A DNA stretch of 63,844 nucleotides, counting the filler, from Chiloscyllium plagiosum (lineage: Eukaryota), in the NCBI RefSeq assembly GCF_004010195.1. It is 3 parts of one record of this genome, joined end to end, with 100 filler letters (N's around TTAATTAATTAA, not from the genome) between each part and the next. Parts side by side here need not be neighbours in the genome. Positions count along the whole stretch, not along the records: positions 1 to 29,428 come from NC_057716.1; positions 29,529 to 48,620 come from NC_057716.1; 1 more part is not named here. One strand, 5' to 3'. Shown here piece after piece: positions 26,741-38,500 of the stretch. A program made the translations under genes and the position numbers. Under the pieces are notes generated by a model, which made no database searches, had not been told where the DNA came from, and saw nothing but the letters and a program-made list of their open reading frames with translations. How positions within the stretch are numbered: the first letter of the stretch is position 1; the number at the start of each line of letters is the position of its first letter.

Positions 26741-26944
26741 CTGAAATACACAACAAACAGCCAAGAATAAGGAAAACTGTTACCTGAAAAGAAGCAATGT
26801 TAGGGTTACATAGAGAAGGCGGGGGGGGGGGGGGGTCGGCACAAAATTAGGCGCTCGTTTGGAGAGTTGGTAGAAACATTAGGCCAAATGACTACATTCT
26901 GCACTGTAAAACTGACATAGTTTAAAAGACTAACAATTTAAAAA

Positions 26945-27375
26945 GACTAACATTTGTACAGCACATTTCACCACCTACCACCTTAGGATAATACAATATG
27001 TTTTACAGCCAATTAAGGACTTTTGAAATGGAATCACCACTGTAAGGTGGGACATGCAGCAGTTATTTATGTACAGCAACAGCAATCTGATAAATGACCA
27101 TGCAATTTTATTCAGTGGTAAGAACTGAGGTCTATATTGACCACAGCGCTCCACAGAACTACCTGATCTATATTGCAATAGTTCTATGGGAACACTTCTG
27201 TCCAACCAAAAAAAAAACAGTTGTGGGGTGAGGTTCAGTATGTCATCCAAAATACAACATCACTGACAGCATAGCATTGTCCTTCTACTGACACTCTGAC
27301 AGCGAGGTTCTCCCTCAGTATTGACCATATGACAGGGTGACATTCCCTCAGTACCAACTCTCCAACAGTACAATA
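26945..27375. repeat. Ancient Deu-domain-like SINE remnant ending in degenerate ~32-bp tandem units
   Basis: CCAATTAAGGACTTTTGAAATG..AGCAATCTGATAAATGACC pattern, then repeated GACAG..CTCCCTCAGTA units. Family assignment from memory. Confidence 0.45.
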
Positions 27376-27494
27376 CCTCTGTACAGGCCAAATGTCAGAT
27401 TTCTCAGTGGGAGAGCATTTCAGTGACAATGACGGCAACTGCCTCACCTTTACCATAGCCATGGAGAGGGATAGCAACAGACAGTATGGGAAAG

Positions 27495-27806
27495 TTAGAT
27501 TAGATTAGATTAGATTACAGTGTGGAAACAGGCCCTTCGGCCCAACAAGTCCACACCGACCCGCTGAAGCAACTCACCCAGACCCATTCCCCTACATTTA
27601 CCCCTTCACCTAACTCTACAGGCAATTTAGCATGGCCAATTCGCCTAGCCTGCACATTTTTGGACTGTGGGAGGAAACTGGAGCACCCGGAGGAAATCCA
27701 CGGAGAATGTGCAAACTCCACACAGTCAATTGCCTGAGGCAGGAAATGAACCCAGGTCTCTGGCACTGAGGCAGCAGTGCTAACCACTGTGCCACTGTGC
27801 CACCCA
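27495..27806 (-). mobile_element. HE1-like SINE
   Basis: (TTAGA)n tail and reverse-complement tRNA-like head. Confidence 0.9.
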
Positions 27807-27809
27807 AGG

Positions 27810-29058
27810 TATTTAATTGGCAGAGCTGAAATTATACTGGTATTAGACAAGAGCTGGGGAGTACTAATTGGGAAGAATTGTTCTACGGGAAACTGACAGC
27901 AGAAATGTGAAGGTTGTTTAAGCAGCACTTGTTGCGAGTGTTGGATAACTTTATCCACTGAGACAGGCAAGGAACGGTAAGGTGAAGGCGCCTTGGATGA
28001 CAAGAGGAACTTCTCATCAAAAGGAAGATGAAGCTTACTTAAAGTTGAAGTAGCAAGGATCTAGCAGAGATTTAGTGGAATACAGGGTAGCTAGGAAAGA
28101 ACTCAAATATTGACTGAGGAAAGCTAGGGAGGAGTACGAAAAAGCCGTGGCGGGAAGGATTAGGGATAATCCAAAGGCATTCTAACTTACGTGAGGAATA
28201 AGAAAATCATCAGAGAGAGGGTAGGGCCGATCATGGATAGCGGAGGGAACTTGTGCCTGGAACCTAAAGAGGTAGGGAAGGCCATAAATGAGTTTTTTGC
28301 TTCCATATTCACTAGGGAGAGGAGCCTTGTTGATAGTGAGAAAGCCATGGACCAGGTTAATAAGCTTGAACAGATTGATATTAAGAAAGTGATGTGCTGG
28401 AAATTCTGGGAAGCATCAAGATAAGTCGCCAGGGGCAGACTAGATATATCCAAGGTTACTATGGGAAGCGAGGAATGAGATTGCTGCACCTCTGGCAATG
28501 ATCTTTACATCCTCAATCTCCATGGGAGTAGTCCGGAGGGAGGTGAATATTGTTCATCTGTTCAAGAAAGGGAACAGGGAAATCCCTGGGAATTACAGAC
28601 CAGTCAGTCTTACAACTATGGTAAGCAAGGAACTGGAAAGAATGATGAGAGATAGGATTTATGACTATTTGCAAAAACAGTTTGATTAAAGATAGTCAGC
28701 ATGGCTTTGTGAGGGGAACATCACGGTTAACGACTTATTGAGTTCTTTGAGGATGTGATGAGACAAGTTGACCAAGGTCGAGCAGTGGGTGTGGCACATA
28801 TGCACTTCAGTAAGACATTTGATAAGGTTCCCCACGGTAGGCTCATTCAGAAAATTAGAAGGTATGGGATACAGGGAAAGTTGGCTGTCTGGATACAAAA
28901 TTGGCTGGCCGAAAGAAAACAGTGAGTGATAGTGGATGGAAAGTATTCTGCCTTGAGGTTGGTGACCAGTGCTGTCCTGCAAGGATCTCTTCTTGGGCCT
29001 CTACTCTTTGTAGATTTTATAGATGACTTGGATGAAGACATGGAAGGGTGGGTTTGCA
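27810..29058 (+). mobile_element. CR1 LINE ORF2 (linker to RT), decayed
   Basis: RNKKIIRERVGPIMDSGGNLC, FKKGNREIPGNYRPVSLT. Confidence 0.85.
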
Positions 29059-29428
29059 ATAGTTATTGGGGACTCGATAGTTCGGGGCACAGATAGGCGG
29101 TTCTGTGGGGGCGAGAGACTCACGTTTGGTATGTTGCCTCTCAGGTGCAAGGGTACGTGACGTCTCTGATCGTGTTTTCCGGGTCCTTAAGGGGGAGGGG
29201 GAGCAGCCCGAAGTCGTGGTCCACATTGGCACCAACGACATAGGTAGGAGGAGGGCTGAGGGTGTTAGGCAGGCTTTCAGGGAAGGTTGGAAGCTCAGAG
29301 TTAGAACAAACAGAGTTGTTGTCTCTGGTTTGTTACCCGTGCCACGTGATAGAGAGACGAGGAATAGGGAGAGAGAACAGTTAAATGCATGGGTACAGGG
29401 ATGGTGCAGGAGGGAGGGATTCCAGTAT
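29059..29428 (+). mobile_element. CR1 ORF1 SGNH/GDSL esterase-like domain fragment of a separate element
   Basis: IVIGDSIVRGTDRRFCG..CCLSGARVRDV..VVVHIGTNDIG (GDS and GxND blocks). Runs into a gap. Confidence 0.82.
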
Positions 29429-29528
29429 NNNNNNNNNNNNNNNNNNNNNNNNNNNNNNNNNNNNNNNNNNNNTTAATTAATTAANNNNNNNNNNNNNNNN
29501 NNNNNNNNNNNNNNNNNNNNNNNNNNNN
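29429..29528. other. Assembly gap with artificial TTAATTAATTAA linker
   Basis: 44 N + TTAATTAATTAA + 44 N = 100 nt. Confidence 0.95.
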
Positions 29529-29635
29529 TCCAGATGCCTTTTAAATGTTGTAATTGTACCAGCCTCCACCACTTCCTCTGGCAGCTCATTCCATACACGC
29601 ACCACCCTCTGCATGAAAAAGTTGCTCCTTTGCAG

Positions 29636-30378
29636 ATGGGGTACTGGGCTAATAGATGGGGTACTGGGCTAATGGTCGGATACTTGGTAGTGTGGATGAG
29701 CAGAGGGATCTTGGTGTCCATGTACACAGATCTCTGAAAGTTGCCACCCAGGTAAATAGTGCGGTGAAGGCGGCATATGGCGTACTGGCTTTTATTGGTA
29801 GAGGAATTGAGTTCCGGAACCCTGAGGTCATGTTGCAGTTTTATAAGACTCTGGTGCAGCCTCATCTGGAGTATTGTGTGCAGTTTTGGTCGCCATATTA
29901 TAGGAAGGATGTGGAGGCACTGGAGCGGGTGCAGAGGAGGTTTACCAGGATGTTGCCTGGTATGGTAGGAAGATCGTATGAGGAAAGGCTGAGGCACTTG
30001 GGGCTGTTTTCATTGGAGAAAAGAAGGTTTAGGGGTGACTTTTTAGAGGTGTACAAGATGATTAGGGGTTTAGATAGGTTCTCATGGTCAACCCTTTTTC
30101 CACGTATGGAGTCAGCTATTACGAGGGGCATAGCTTTAAATTAAGGGGTGGTAGGTATAGGACAGATGTTAGGGGTAGGTTCTTTACTCAGCGAGTCGCG
30201 AGTTCATGGAATGCCCTGCCAGTAGCAGTGGTGAACTCTCCCTCTTTATGGGCATTTAAACGGGCATTGGATAGGCATATGGAGGATAGTGGGCTAGTGT
30301 AGGTTAGGTGGGCTTGGATTGGCGCAACATCGAGGGCCGAAGGGCCTGTACTGCGCTGTATTCTTCTATGTTCTATGA
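29636..30378 (+). mobile_element. Young CR1 LINE 3' end
   Basis: Long open reading YWANGRILGSVDEQRDLGVHVHRSLK..; very similar to 48721-49490. Confidence 0.9.
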
Positions 30379-30709
30379 CAACAGAATCCTGATAAATTTT
30401 AAAGGCAAAACAGAACTACTCTAAAGTGATGCCAAATAAAAGAGGATGTCCAGTGTGACTGGGGTAGTAAATATATTGCAGAATGAAGGGAACATTACTA
30501 AATCAGTATCTCGAGGCTTAAGGTAATGCGCTGGGTACACAGGTTCAAATCCCTACTGGTAGAATTTAAATTGTATTAATAAATTGGGAATATAAAGCTA
30601 GGTTCAGTGTGTTACCAATTTAACCAGCATCAATTGTTGTAAAACTTCATCTAGTACACATTCGGGACAAAAATCTGCTGTCCTCACTTGGACTGGCCTA
30701 GATGATTCC

Positions 30710-30834
30710 TGAAGAAGGGCTAATGCCCGAAACGTCGATTCTCCTGTTCCCTAGATGCTGCCTAACCTGCTGCGCTTCTCCAGCAACACATTTCCATCTC
30801 TGATCTCCAGCATCTGCAGACCTCATTTTCTCTT
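30710..30834 (+). mobile_element. Single-arm PLE family A mini-element
   Basis: Starts at the hammerhead core. 12-bp TSD CTAGATGATTCC at 30698-30709 and 30835-30846. Confidence 0.82.
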
Positions 30835-31022
30835 CTAGATGATTCCAGACCTACAGCCACGTGGTTGACTCTTAAGTGCTCAAGAGCAATGAAGAATGGA
30901 TAACAAACGGTGGCCAGGTAGAATGCCCACATCCCATGAAAGAATGAGAAAATACATGACTGGGAGCTGATAGGATGCAAATTATTGAGGTTTAAGGAGG
31001 TCAGTGAGATAGGATTACTCAC

Positions 31023-31304
31023 CATAATGTCTGGACTTGGCCTGTTTGAAGATTTTCAGAACCTCTGCATGATAACCAATCTCAACTTCACAACGGGACC
31101 GTGACAGAAGTCCAAACTGTCCCTGTATCACTGCAGCCGGCTTCTTCCAGTTCCTTCCCAACATTGCCAGTTGGTTTACAGTTAATGCGGAACACTGCTT
31201 TCTCCCAGTCTTTGGCAATGAACTGGTGGTCATGGTCATCTCGGGTTCTGATATTCCATCTAGAGGCTTTAAAGTGATTTTTGGAACCAGTTTCACTTGC
31301 TCCA
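31023..31304 (-). CDS. SMARCAL1: SMARCAL1 coding exon (end of HARP1, linker, start of HARP2; equivalent to human exon 5)
   Basis: Translates ..EQVKLVPKITLKPLDG..VIQGQFGLLSRSRCEVEIGYHAEVLKIFKQAKSRHY, resembling the HARP motif. Acceptor tgtttcag, donor gtgagt. 282 nt, phase 1/1. Confidence 0.88.
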
Positions 31305-31824
31305 CTGAAACACAGAGGGAGAGGTCTGGTATTCATGACAGCCCAACATGACTGATATCACCTCAACTCTGAAAGTGCATCGCAGGAATAGACCTCAGTT
31401 TAGCAGGAACAGGATCAACATGCTTTTTTTCTACGTATAACATTTCAATATTTACCGTGTGCTATAGTCTGGTTACATTATTGAACAGAGCTGATTCATC
31501 TTTGCTCTCTCCTTTCCTCAATGCCTCTGCTAAAAGAGCTTCAGCATGCCAATGGCACTCTTTCCCTCCAGGCTGTTCAACATTCTACCACATATGGTAT
31601 GTTTTCTTCCCTGGATAGCCTTCCCCAAACATATTACCGCACACCTTGGTCAGAATGAATTCTATTTGTCACCTTTGCTAGTCCAGCTTCAAGCTCACCA
31701 CTTTTCATTCTTACTACCTAGCACATGGCCGATTTCTGTCTACTTGCAAGCTGATAAATTATACCGATGTCTACACTTATGTTTCATGATGTTAGACTTC
31801 AACTCAATGTCATATTTATGAAAT

Positions 31825-32940
31825 AGAGTCATAGAATCATAAAGACGTACAGCATGGAAACAGACCCTTCGGTCCAACACGTCCATGCCGACCAGGTATC
31901 CCAACCCAAACTCGTCCCACCTGCCAGCACCCGGCCCATACCCTTCCAAACCCTTCCTATTCATATACCCATCCAAATGCGTCTTAAATGTTGCAATTGT
32001 ACCAGCCTCCACCACTTCCTCTGGCAGCTCATTCCATACACGTACCACCCTCTGTGTGAAAACGTTGCCCCATAGGTGTCTTTTATATCTTTCCCCTCTC
32101 ACCCTAAACCTATGCCCTCTAGTACTGGAATCCCCCACCCCAGGGAAAAGACCTTGCCGATTTACCCTATCCATGTCCCTCAATTTTGTAAACCTCGATA
32201 AGGTACCCCTCAGCCTCTGACGCTCCAGGGAAAACAGCCCCAGCCTGTTCAGCCTCTCCCTGTAGCTCAAATCCTCCAACTCTGGCAACATCCTTGTCAA
32301 TCTTTTCTGAACTCTTTTTCAAGTTTCACAACATCTTTCCGATAGGAAGGAGACCAGAATTGCGTGCAATATTCCAAAAGTGCCCTAACCAATGTCTTGT
32401 ACAGCCAAAACATGACCTCCCAACTCCTGTACTCAATACAGAAGTCGCCTTCACTATCCTATCTACCCGCGACTCCACTTTCAAAGAGCTATGAACCTGC
32501 ACTCCAAGGTTTCTTTGTTCAGCAACAATCCCTAGGACCTTACCATTAAGTGTATAAGTCCTGCTAAGATTTGCTTTCCCAAAATGCAGCACCTCACATT
32601 TATCTGAATTAAACTCCACCTGCCACTTCTCTGCCCATTGGCCCATTTGGTCAAGATCCTGCTGTAATCTGAGGTAACCCTCTTCGCTGTCCACTACACC
32701 TCCAACTTTGGTGTCATCTGCAAACTTACTAACTGTACCTTTTTTGCTCGCATCCAAATCATTTATGTAAATGACAAAAAGTAGAGGGACCATCACCAAT
32801 CCTTGTGACACTCCATTAGTCACAGGCTTCCAGTCTGAAAAACAACCCTCCACCACCACCCTCTGTCTTCTTTCTTTGAGCCAGTTCTATATCCAAATGG
32901 CTAGTTCTCCCTGTATTCCGTGAGATTAAACCTTGCTATC
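31825..32940 (-). mobile_element. CR1/HER1-type LINE RT to 3' tail
   Basis: FVIYINDLD..FADDTKVGG; TRMLPELEDLSYRERLNRLGLFSLE. Confidence 0.92.
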
Positions 32941-33599
32941 AAGCAGAAAGTTTGGCAAACCATTAAATATTCACAATGTATAGAAGTTGGATTACTGCTG
33001 AAAGAGACAAATATTTTGTTGAAGCTTTTTGCCTTGGTGTCATCAGGGCAACTCACAAAATATACCAATGTAAAGAGAAATAAACATTTTTACGCTATGG
33101 GGGGAGAGCGCAATTTGATTGGTAGTGAACTCAGACTTGCAGGAACAAGCTCTGCAGTGGATGCAGGTGCAGAGAGATATCAGGCCATAAGACATACGAG
33201 CAGAAATTAGGCCATTCAGCCCATCGAGTGTGCTCCACGATTCAATCAGGGCTGATAGGTTTCTCAAACCCATTCTCCCACTTTCTCCCTATAACCCTTG
33301 ATCCCCTTTTTCCTCAAGAACCTACCTATCTCAGTCTTAAATAGACTCAATGACCTGGCCTTCACAGCCTTCTATGACAATGAATTCCATAGATTCACTA
33401 CTCTCTGGCTGAAGAAGTTTCACCTTATCTTTTCTTGGAAAGAATGCGGCGGAGAGGAGATCTGATAGAGCTATTCAAAATCTTGAGCAGGCTGGATAGA
33501 AATGATAGGGAGAAATGTTCCCATAGCAAAAGCAATGAGAATTAGAGAGCATAGATTTAAAGTGATCTATAAAAAAGGCAAGGGAAATATGAGAAAAAC

Positions 33600-34890
33600 T
33601 TTTTCATTCAGCAAGTAGTCATGCAGTCAACCAGGGAGCAGGCTTTCTTGGATCTGGTAATGTGTAATAAAGCAGGTTCAATAAATAACTTTAGAATAAA
33701 ACGTCCCCAGGAAATAGTGATCATAACAAGATTGAATTTAATATTCAGTTCGTGAGTGAGAAACTTGGGTCAAAAAAACGGTGTTTAACTTAAATAAAGG
33801 GAATTATACGGAAATGAGGATAGAGTTAGGCAAAGTGAACTGATGGATATATTAGCATGAATGGCAATAAGCAAGGCATAGCAGAGATGTAAGGAGCTAA
33901 CACACGAGTTTCAACAAAAATACAACCCAGTTTGTAGAAATGATTTCTAAAAGAGAGATATAGTTAGTACGCTTGCAGAGGACACCAAAATTGGAGGTGT
34001 AGTGGACAGCAAAGAAGGTTACCTCAGATTACAACAAAATTTTGATCAGATGGGCCAATGGGCTGGGAGGTGGCACGTGGAGTTTAATTTAGATAAATGT
34101 GAGGTGCTTCATTTTGGGAAAGCAAATCCTACCAGGACTTATACACTTAATGGTAAGGTCCTAGAGAGTGTTGCTGAACAAACAGACCTTGGAGTGCAGG
34201 TCCATAGCTCTTGAAAGTTGAGTCGCAGGTAGATAGGATAGTGAAGGTGGCGTTTGGTATGCTTTCCTTTATTGGTCAGAGTATTGAGTACAGGAGTTGG
34301 GAGGTCATATTGTGGCTGTACAAGACATTGGTTAGGGCAATATTGGAATATTGTATGCAATTCTGGTCTCCTTCCTATCGGAAAGATGTTGTGAAACTTG
34401 AAAAAGGGATCAGAAAAAATTGACAAGCATGTTGCCAGGGTTGAAGGATTTGAGCTATAGGAAGTGGTTGAACAGACTAGGGCTGTTTTCCCTCGTGCAT
34501 CAGAGGTGGAGGGGTGACCTTATAGAGGTTTATAAAATTATGAGGGACAAAGTCTTTTCCCTGTGGCGAGGGGGTCCAGAACTAGAGGGCATAGGTTTAT
34601 GGTGAGAGGGGAAAAGATATAAAAGAGACCTAAGGGACGACTTTTTCAAGCAGAGGGTCATTCGTGTATGGCATGAGCTGCTAGAGGAAGTGGTGAAGGT
34701 TGGTCCAATTGCAATATTTTAAAAAGGCATCTGGATGGATAAATGAATAAGGAAGGTTTGGAGGGATATGGGCCAGTTGCTGGCAGGCAGGACTAGATTG
34801 GTTAGGGCACTTTTGGAATATTGCATGCAATTCGGGTCTCCTTCTGCATGGGCAAGTTGGAATGGAAGATCTGTTTCCGTGCTCTATGAC
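33600..34890 (+). mobile_element. CR1 fragments (EN end plus RT-3' part)
   Basis: QQNFDQMGQWA..KCEVLHFGK; LEYCMQFWSP. Confidence 0.82.
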
Positions 34891-35206
34891 TAATAATTAT
34901 GGCTAACCAAAGAAACCAAAGGGAGAGTATGAAGTTGAAAGGAAAAGTATACAAGGAGACAAAAGTCAGTGATGGCCTCGAGGTCTGGGATTAATTCAGA
35001 ATCCAACAGAGGACTAAAAAGATAATAAGAGACAGGAGGAATATAAAAACTAACATTAGCAGCTTCTTTAAATGTATTAAAAGGAAGACAGAGACCAAAT
35101 TGAAAATAGTTCCTTAGAAAATGAATCTGGGGAGACAGATTTAGGCAACAAGGAAATGGCAGAGGATCTGCATCAGGCTTTAAGGGAGAAGAAACTTTGA
35201 ACATCC

Positions 35207-35532
35207 CAGGTGGCACGGTGGCACAGTGGTTAGCACTGCTGCCTCACAGCGCCAGAGACCCGGGTTCAATTCCCGCCTTAGGCGACTCTGTGTGGAGTTT
35301 GCACATTCTCCCCGTGTCTGTGTGGGTTTCTTCCGGGTGCTCCAGTTTCCTCCCACAATCCAAAAATGTGCAGGTTAGGTGAATTGGCCATGCTAAATTG
35401 CCCATAGTGTTAGGTGAAGGGGTAAATGTAGGGGAATGGGTCTGGGTGGGTTATGCTTCGGCGGGTCGGTGTGGACGTGTTGGGCCAAAGGACCTGTTTC
35501 CACACTGTAAGTAATCTAATCTAATCTAATCA
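35207..35532 (+). mobile_element. HE1-like SINE
   Basis: Full-length with (TAATC)n tail. Confidence 0.9.
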
Positions 35533-35534
35533 GT

Positions 35535-38500
35535 ATGATGAAAGAGAAAGAATTAAGTACCATCACCATCACTAAGGGAATAGCATTAGACAAACTACTG
35601 GGGATAAAGATAGATCAGTCCTCCAGCCCTGATGGTTTGCATCCTAGGTTGCTAAAACAAGTAACTACAGAGATATTTAATGTATTGGTCATAATATTTC
35701 AAAAATCCTTGGAATCTGGAGAAGTACCAGAGGAATGGAAAATTGTCAAAGCAACACCCATTTTTGAGTACCTGCAGTCTAATTAGCTTAACATCTATTG
35801 TTGGAAAAGTATTTGAATCAATTAATTTGATAAATATGTACCTGTCAGACAGGGAGGAAGTGGTCAAGCGAGGAAAACCTGGTTTACTAAAGAAATTGAA
35901 TCTCTTGTCAAGAGAAAGAAGTAGGCTTATGTGAGAATAAGACATGAAGGATCAGTTAGGGCTCTTGTTTAGGTCCAGGAAGGACCTAAAGAGAGCTGAG
36001 AAGAGCCAGAAAAGGGCATGAGAAGACTTTAGCAGGTAGGATCAAAGAGAACCCTAAAGCTTTCTATAGGTATGTCAGGAATAAAAGAATGTGCTGGAAA
36101 TTTTGGCAAACATCAAGACTGATAAGTCTCCAGGGCTGGACCAGATTTATCCTAGGTTGTTCTGGGAAGCGGGAAAGGAGATTGTCAAGCCACTGGCGAA
36201 GATCTTTGCTTACACACTCTCTAGGGAGTCGTACCGGAGGATTGGAAGGAAGCGAATGTTGTTCCTCTTTTCAAGGGGAATAGGGAAATCCCTGGCAATT
36301 ACAGACCAGTCAGTCTTACATCTGTGGTCAGCAAAGTTTTGGAAAGAATTCTGAGGGATAGGAGTTATGACTATTTGGAAAAGTATAGCGTGATTAAAGA
36401 CAGTCAACATGACTTTGTGAGGAGCAGGTCATGCCTCACAAATCTTATTGAGTTCTTTGAGAAGGTGACAACAGGTTGACGAAGGTCTAGCAGTGGATGT
36501 TGTGTACATGGACTTCAGCAAAGGTTCCCCACGGTAGGCTCATTCATAAAGTCAGGAAGTATGAGAAACAGGGAGATTTGGTTGTCTGGATACAGAATTG
36601 GTTGGCTGGCAGAAGGCAGAGAATGGTTGTAGATGGAAAGTATTTTGCCTGGAGGTCAGTGTTGAGTGGTGCCCCGCAGGGCTCTGTTCTTGGGCCTTTG
36701 CTCTTTTTAGTTTTTATAAATTACTTGGATGAGGAGGTTGAGGGGTGGGTTAGTAAATTTGCAAGTGACACAAAGGTTAGAGGTGCCGTCAATAGTGTAG
36801 AAGGCTATTGCAGGCTGCAGCTTGACATAAACTGGATGCAGAGCTGGGCTGAGAAATGGCAGATGGAGTTCAACCTGGATAAATGCGAAGTGATGCATTT
36901 TGGATGGTCGAACTCAAATGGTGAATGTAGGATTAAAGACAGGGATTCTTGTCAGTGTGGAGGAACAGAGGGATCTGGGTGTGCAAGTACATAGATCCCT
37001 CAAAGTTGCCACTGTGAGGCTAGGGTTGTTAAGAAAGCATATGGTGTTTTGGCTTTCGTTAAAAGGGGAATTGAGTTTAACAGCTACGAGATTTTGCTAC
37101 AGTTCTACAAGACCCTGGTGACACCACACTTGGAATATTGTGTCTAGTTCTAATCGCTCTGTTATAGGAAAGATATAGAGGCTTTGGAGAGGGTGCAAAG
37201 GAGGTTTACCAGGATGCTACCTGGATTGGAAGGCTTGCCTTACGAAGAGAGGTTGACTAGGCTTGGACTTTTCTCTCTGAAGAGAAGAAGGAAGATAGGG
37301 GACCTGATCGAGGTATACGAGGTAATGAGAGGTATGGATAGAGTCAATAGCCAGAGACTTTTCCCCAGGGCAGGATTGACTGGCACGAGTGTTCATAGTT
37401 GTAAGATATTAAGAGGAAGGTCAGAGGTAGGTTCTTTATGCAGAGAGTTGTGAATGCATAGAATGCATTGCCAGCAATGGTGGAAGCAGAGTCATTAGGG
37501 CATTTAGGCGACTGCTGGACATGCACATGGATAGAGTCAAAAGCCAGAGACATTTCCCCAGGGCAGGACTGATGGGCACGAGGAATCATAGTTTGAAGAT
37601 ATTAGGAGAAAGGTATAGAGGGGATGTCAGAGGTAGGTTCTTTATGCAAGTGTTGTGAATGCATGGAAGGTGTTGCCAGCGGTGGTGGTGGAAGCAGTGT
37701 CATTAGGGACATTTGAGCAACTGCTGGGCATGCTCATGGACAGAAGTGAATTGAGGGGTGCATAGGTTAGGTTATTTTAAATCCTCGACACAACATCATC
37801 GGCCGAAGGGCCTGTTCTGTGGTGTACTTTTTCTATGTTCTATGTTCTACTTGTTTTGAGTTTTTTTGATCAAGTAACAAAGAAGACTGATGAGGGCAGA
37901 GCGGTAGATGTAATCTATATGGACTTCAGTAAGGCGTCTCCCATGGGAGACTGATTAGCAAGGTTAGATTTCATGGAATACAGGGAGAACTAGCCATTTG
38001 GATACAGAACTGGCTCAAAGGTAGAAGACAGAGGGTGGTGGTGAAGGGTTGTTTTTCTGACTGGAGGCCTGTGACCAGTGGAGTGCCACAAGGATTAGTG
38101 CTGGGTCCTCTTCTTTCTGTCATTTACATAAATGATTTGGATGTGAGCATAAGAAGTACAGTTAGTAAGTTTGCAAATGACACCAAAATTGCAGGTGTAG
38201 TGGACAGCGAAGAGAGTTACCTCAGATTACAACAGGATCTTGACCAGATGGGCCATTGGGCAGAGAAGTGGCAGATGGAGTTTAATTCAGATAAATGAGA
38301 GGTGCTTCATTTTGGGAAAGCAAATCCTAGCAGGACTTATACACTTAATGGTAAGGTCCTAGGGAGTGTTGCTAAACAAAGAGACCTTGGAGTGCAGGAT
38401 CATAGCTCCTTGAAAGTGGAGTCGCAGGTAGATAGGATAGTGAAGAAGGCGTTTGGTATGCTTTCCTTTATTGGTCAGAGTATTGAGTACAGGAGTTGGG

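Noticed and set aside
26776..26800. Minus-strand TTTTCAG|GTAAC resembling a recursive splice site
   Set aside because: Only 43 nt from the real acceptor: too short for an intron and out of frame as an alternative acceptor.
29473..29484. Palindromic TTAATTAATTAA island within Ns (also 48665-48676)
   Set aside because: Identical 44N-12-44N layout twice, with stops in all six frames: a scaffolding linker, not biology.
37335..37740. Diverged tandem duplication of a CR1 3' segment (similar cases near 50695-50840 and 60730-61160)
   Set aside because: Ordinary local duplication inside dead LINEs with no sign of function.
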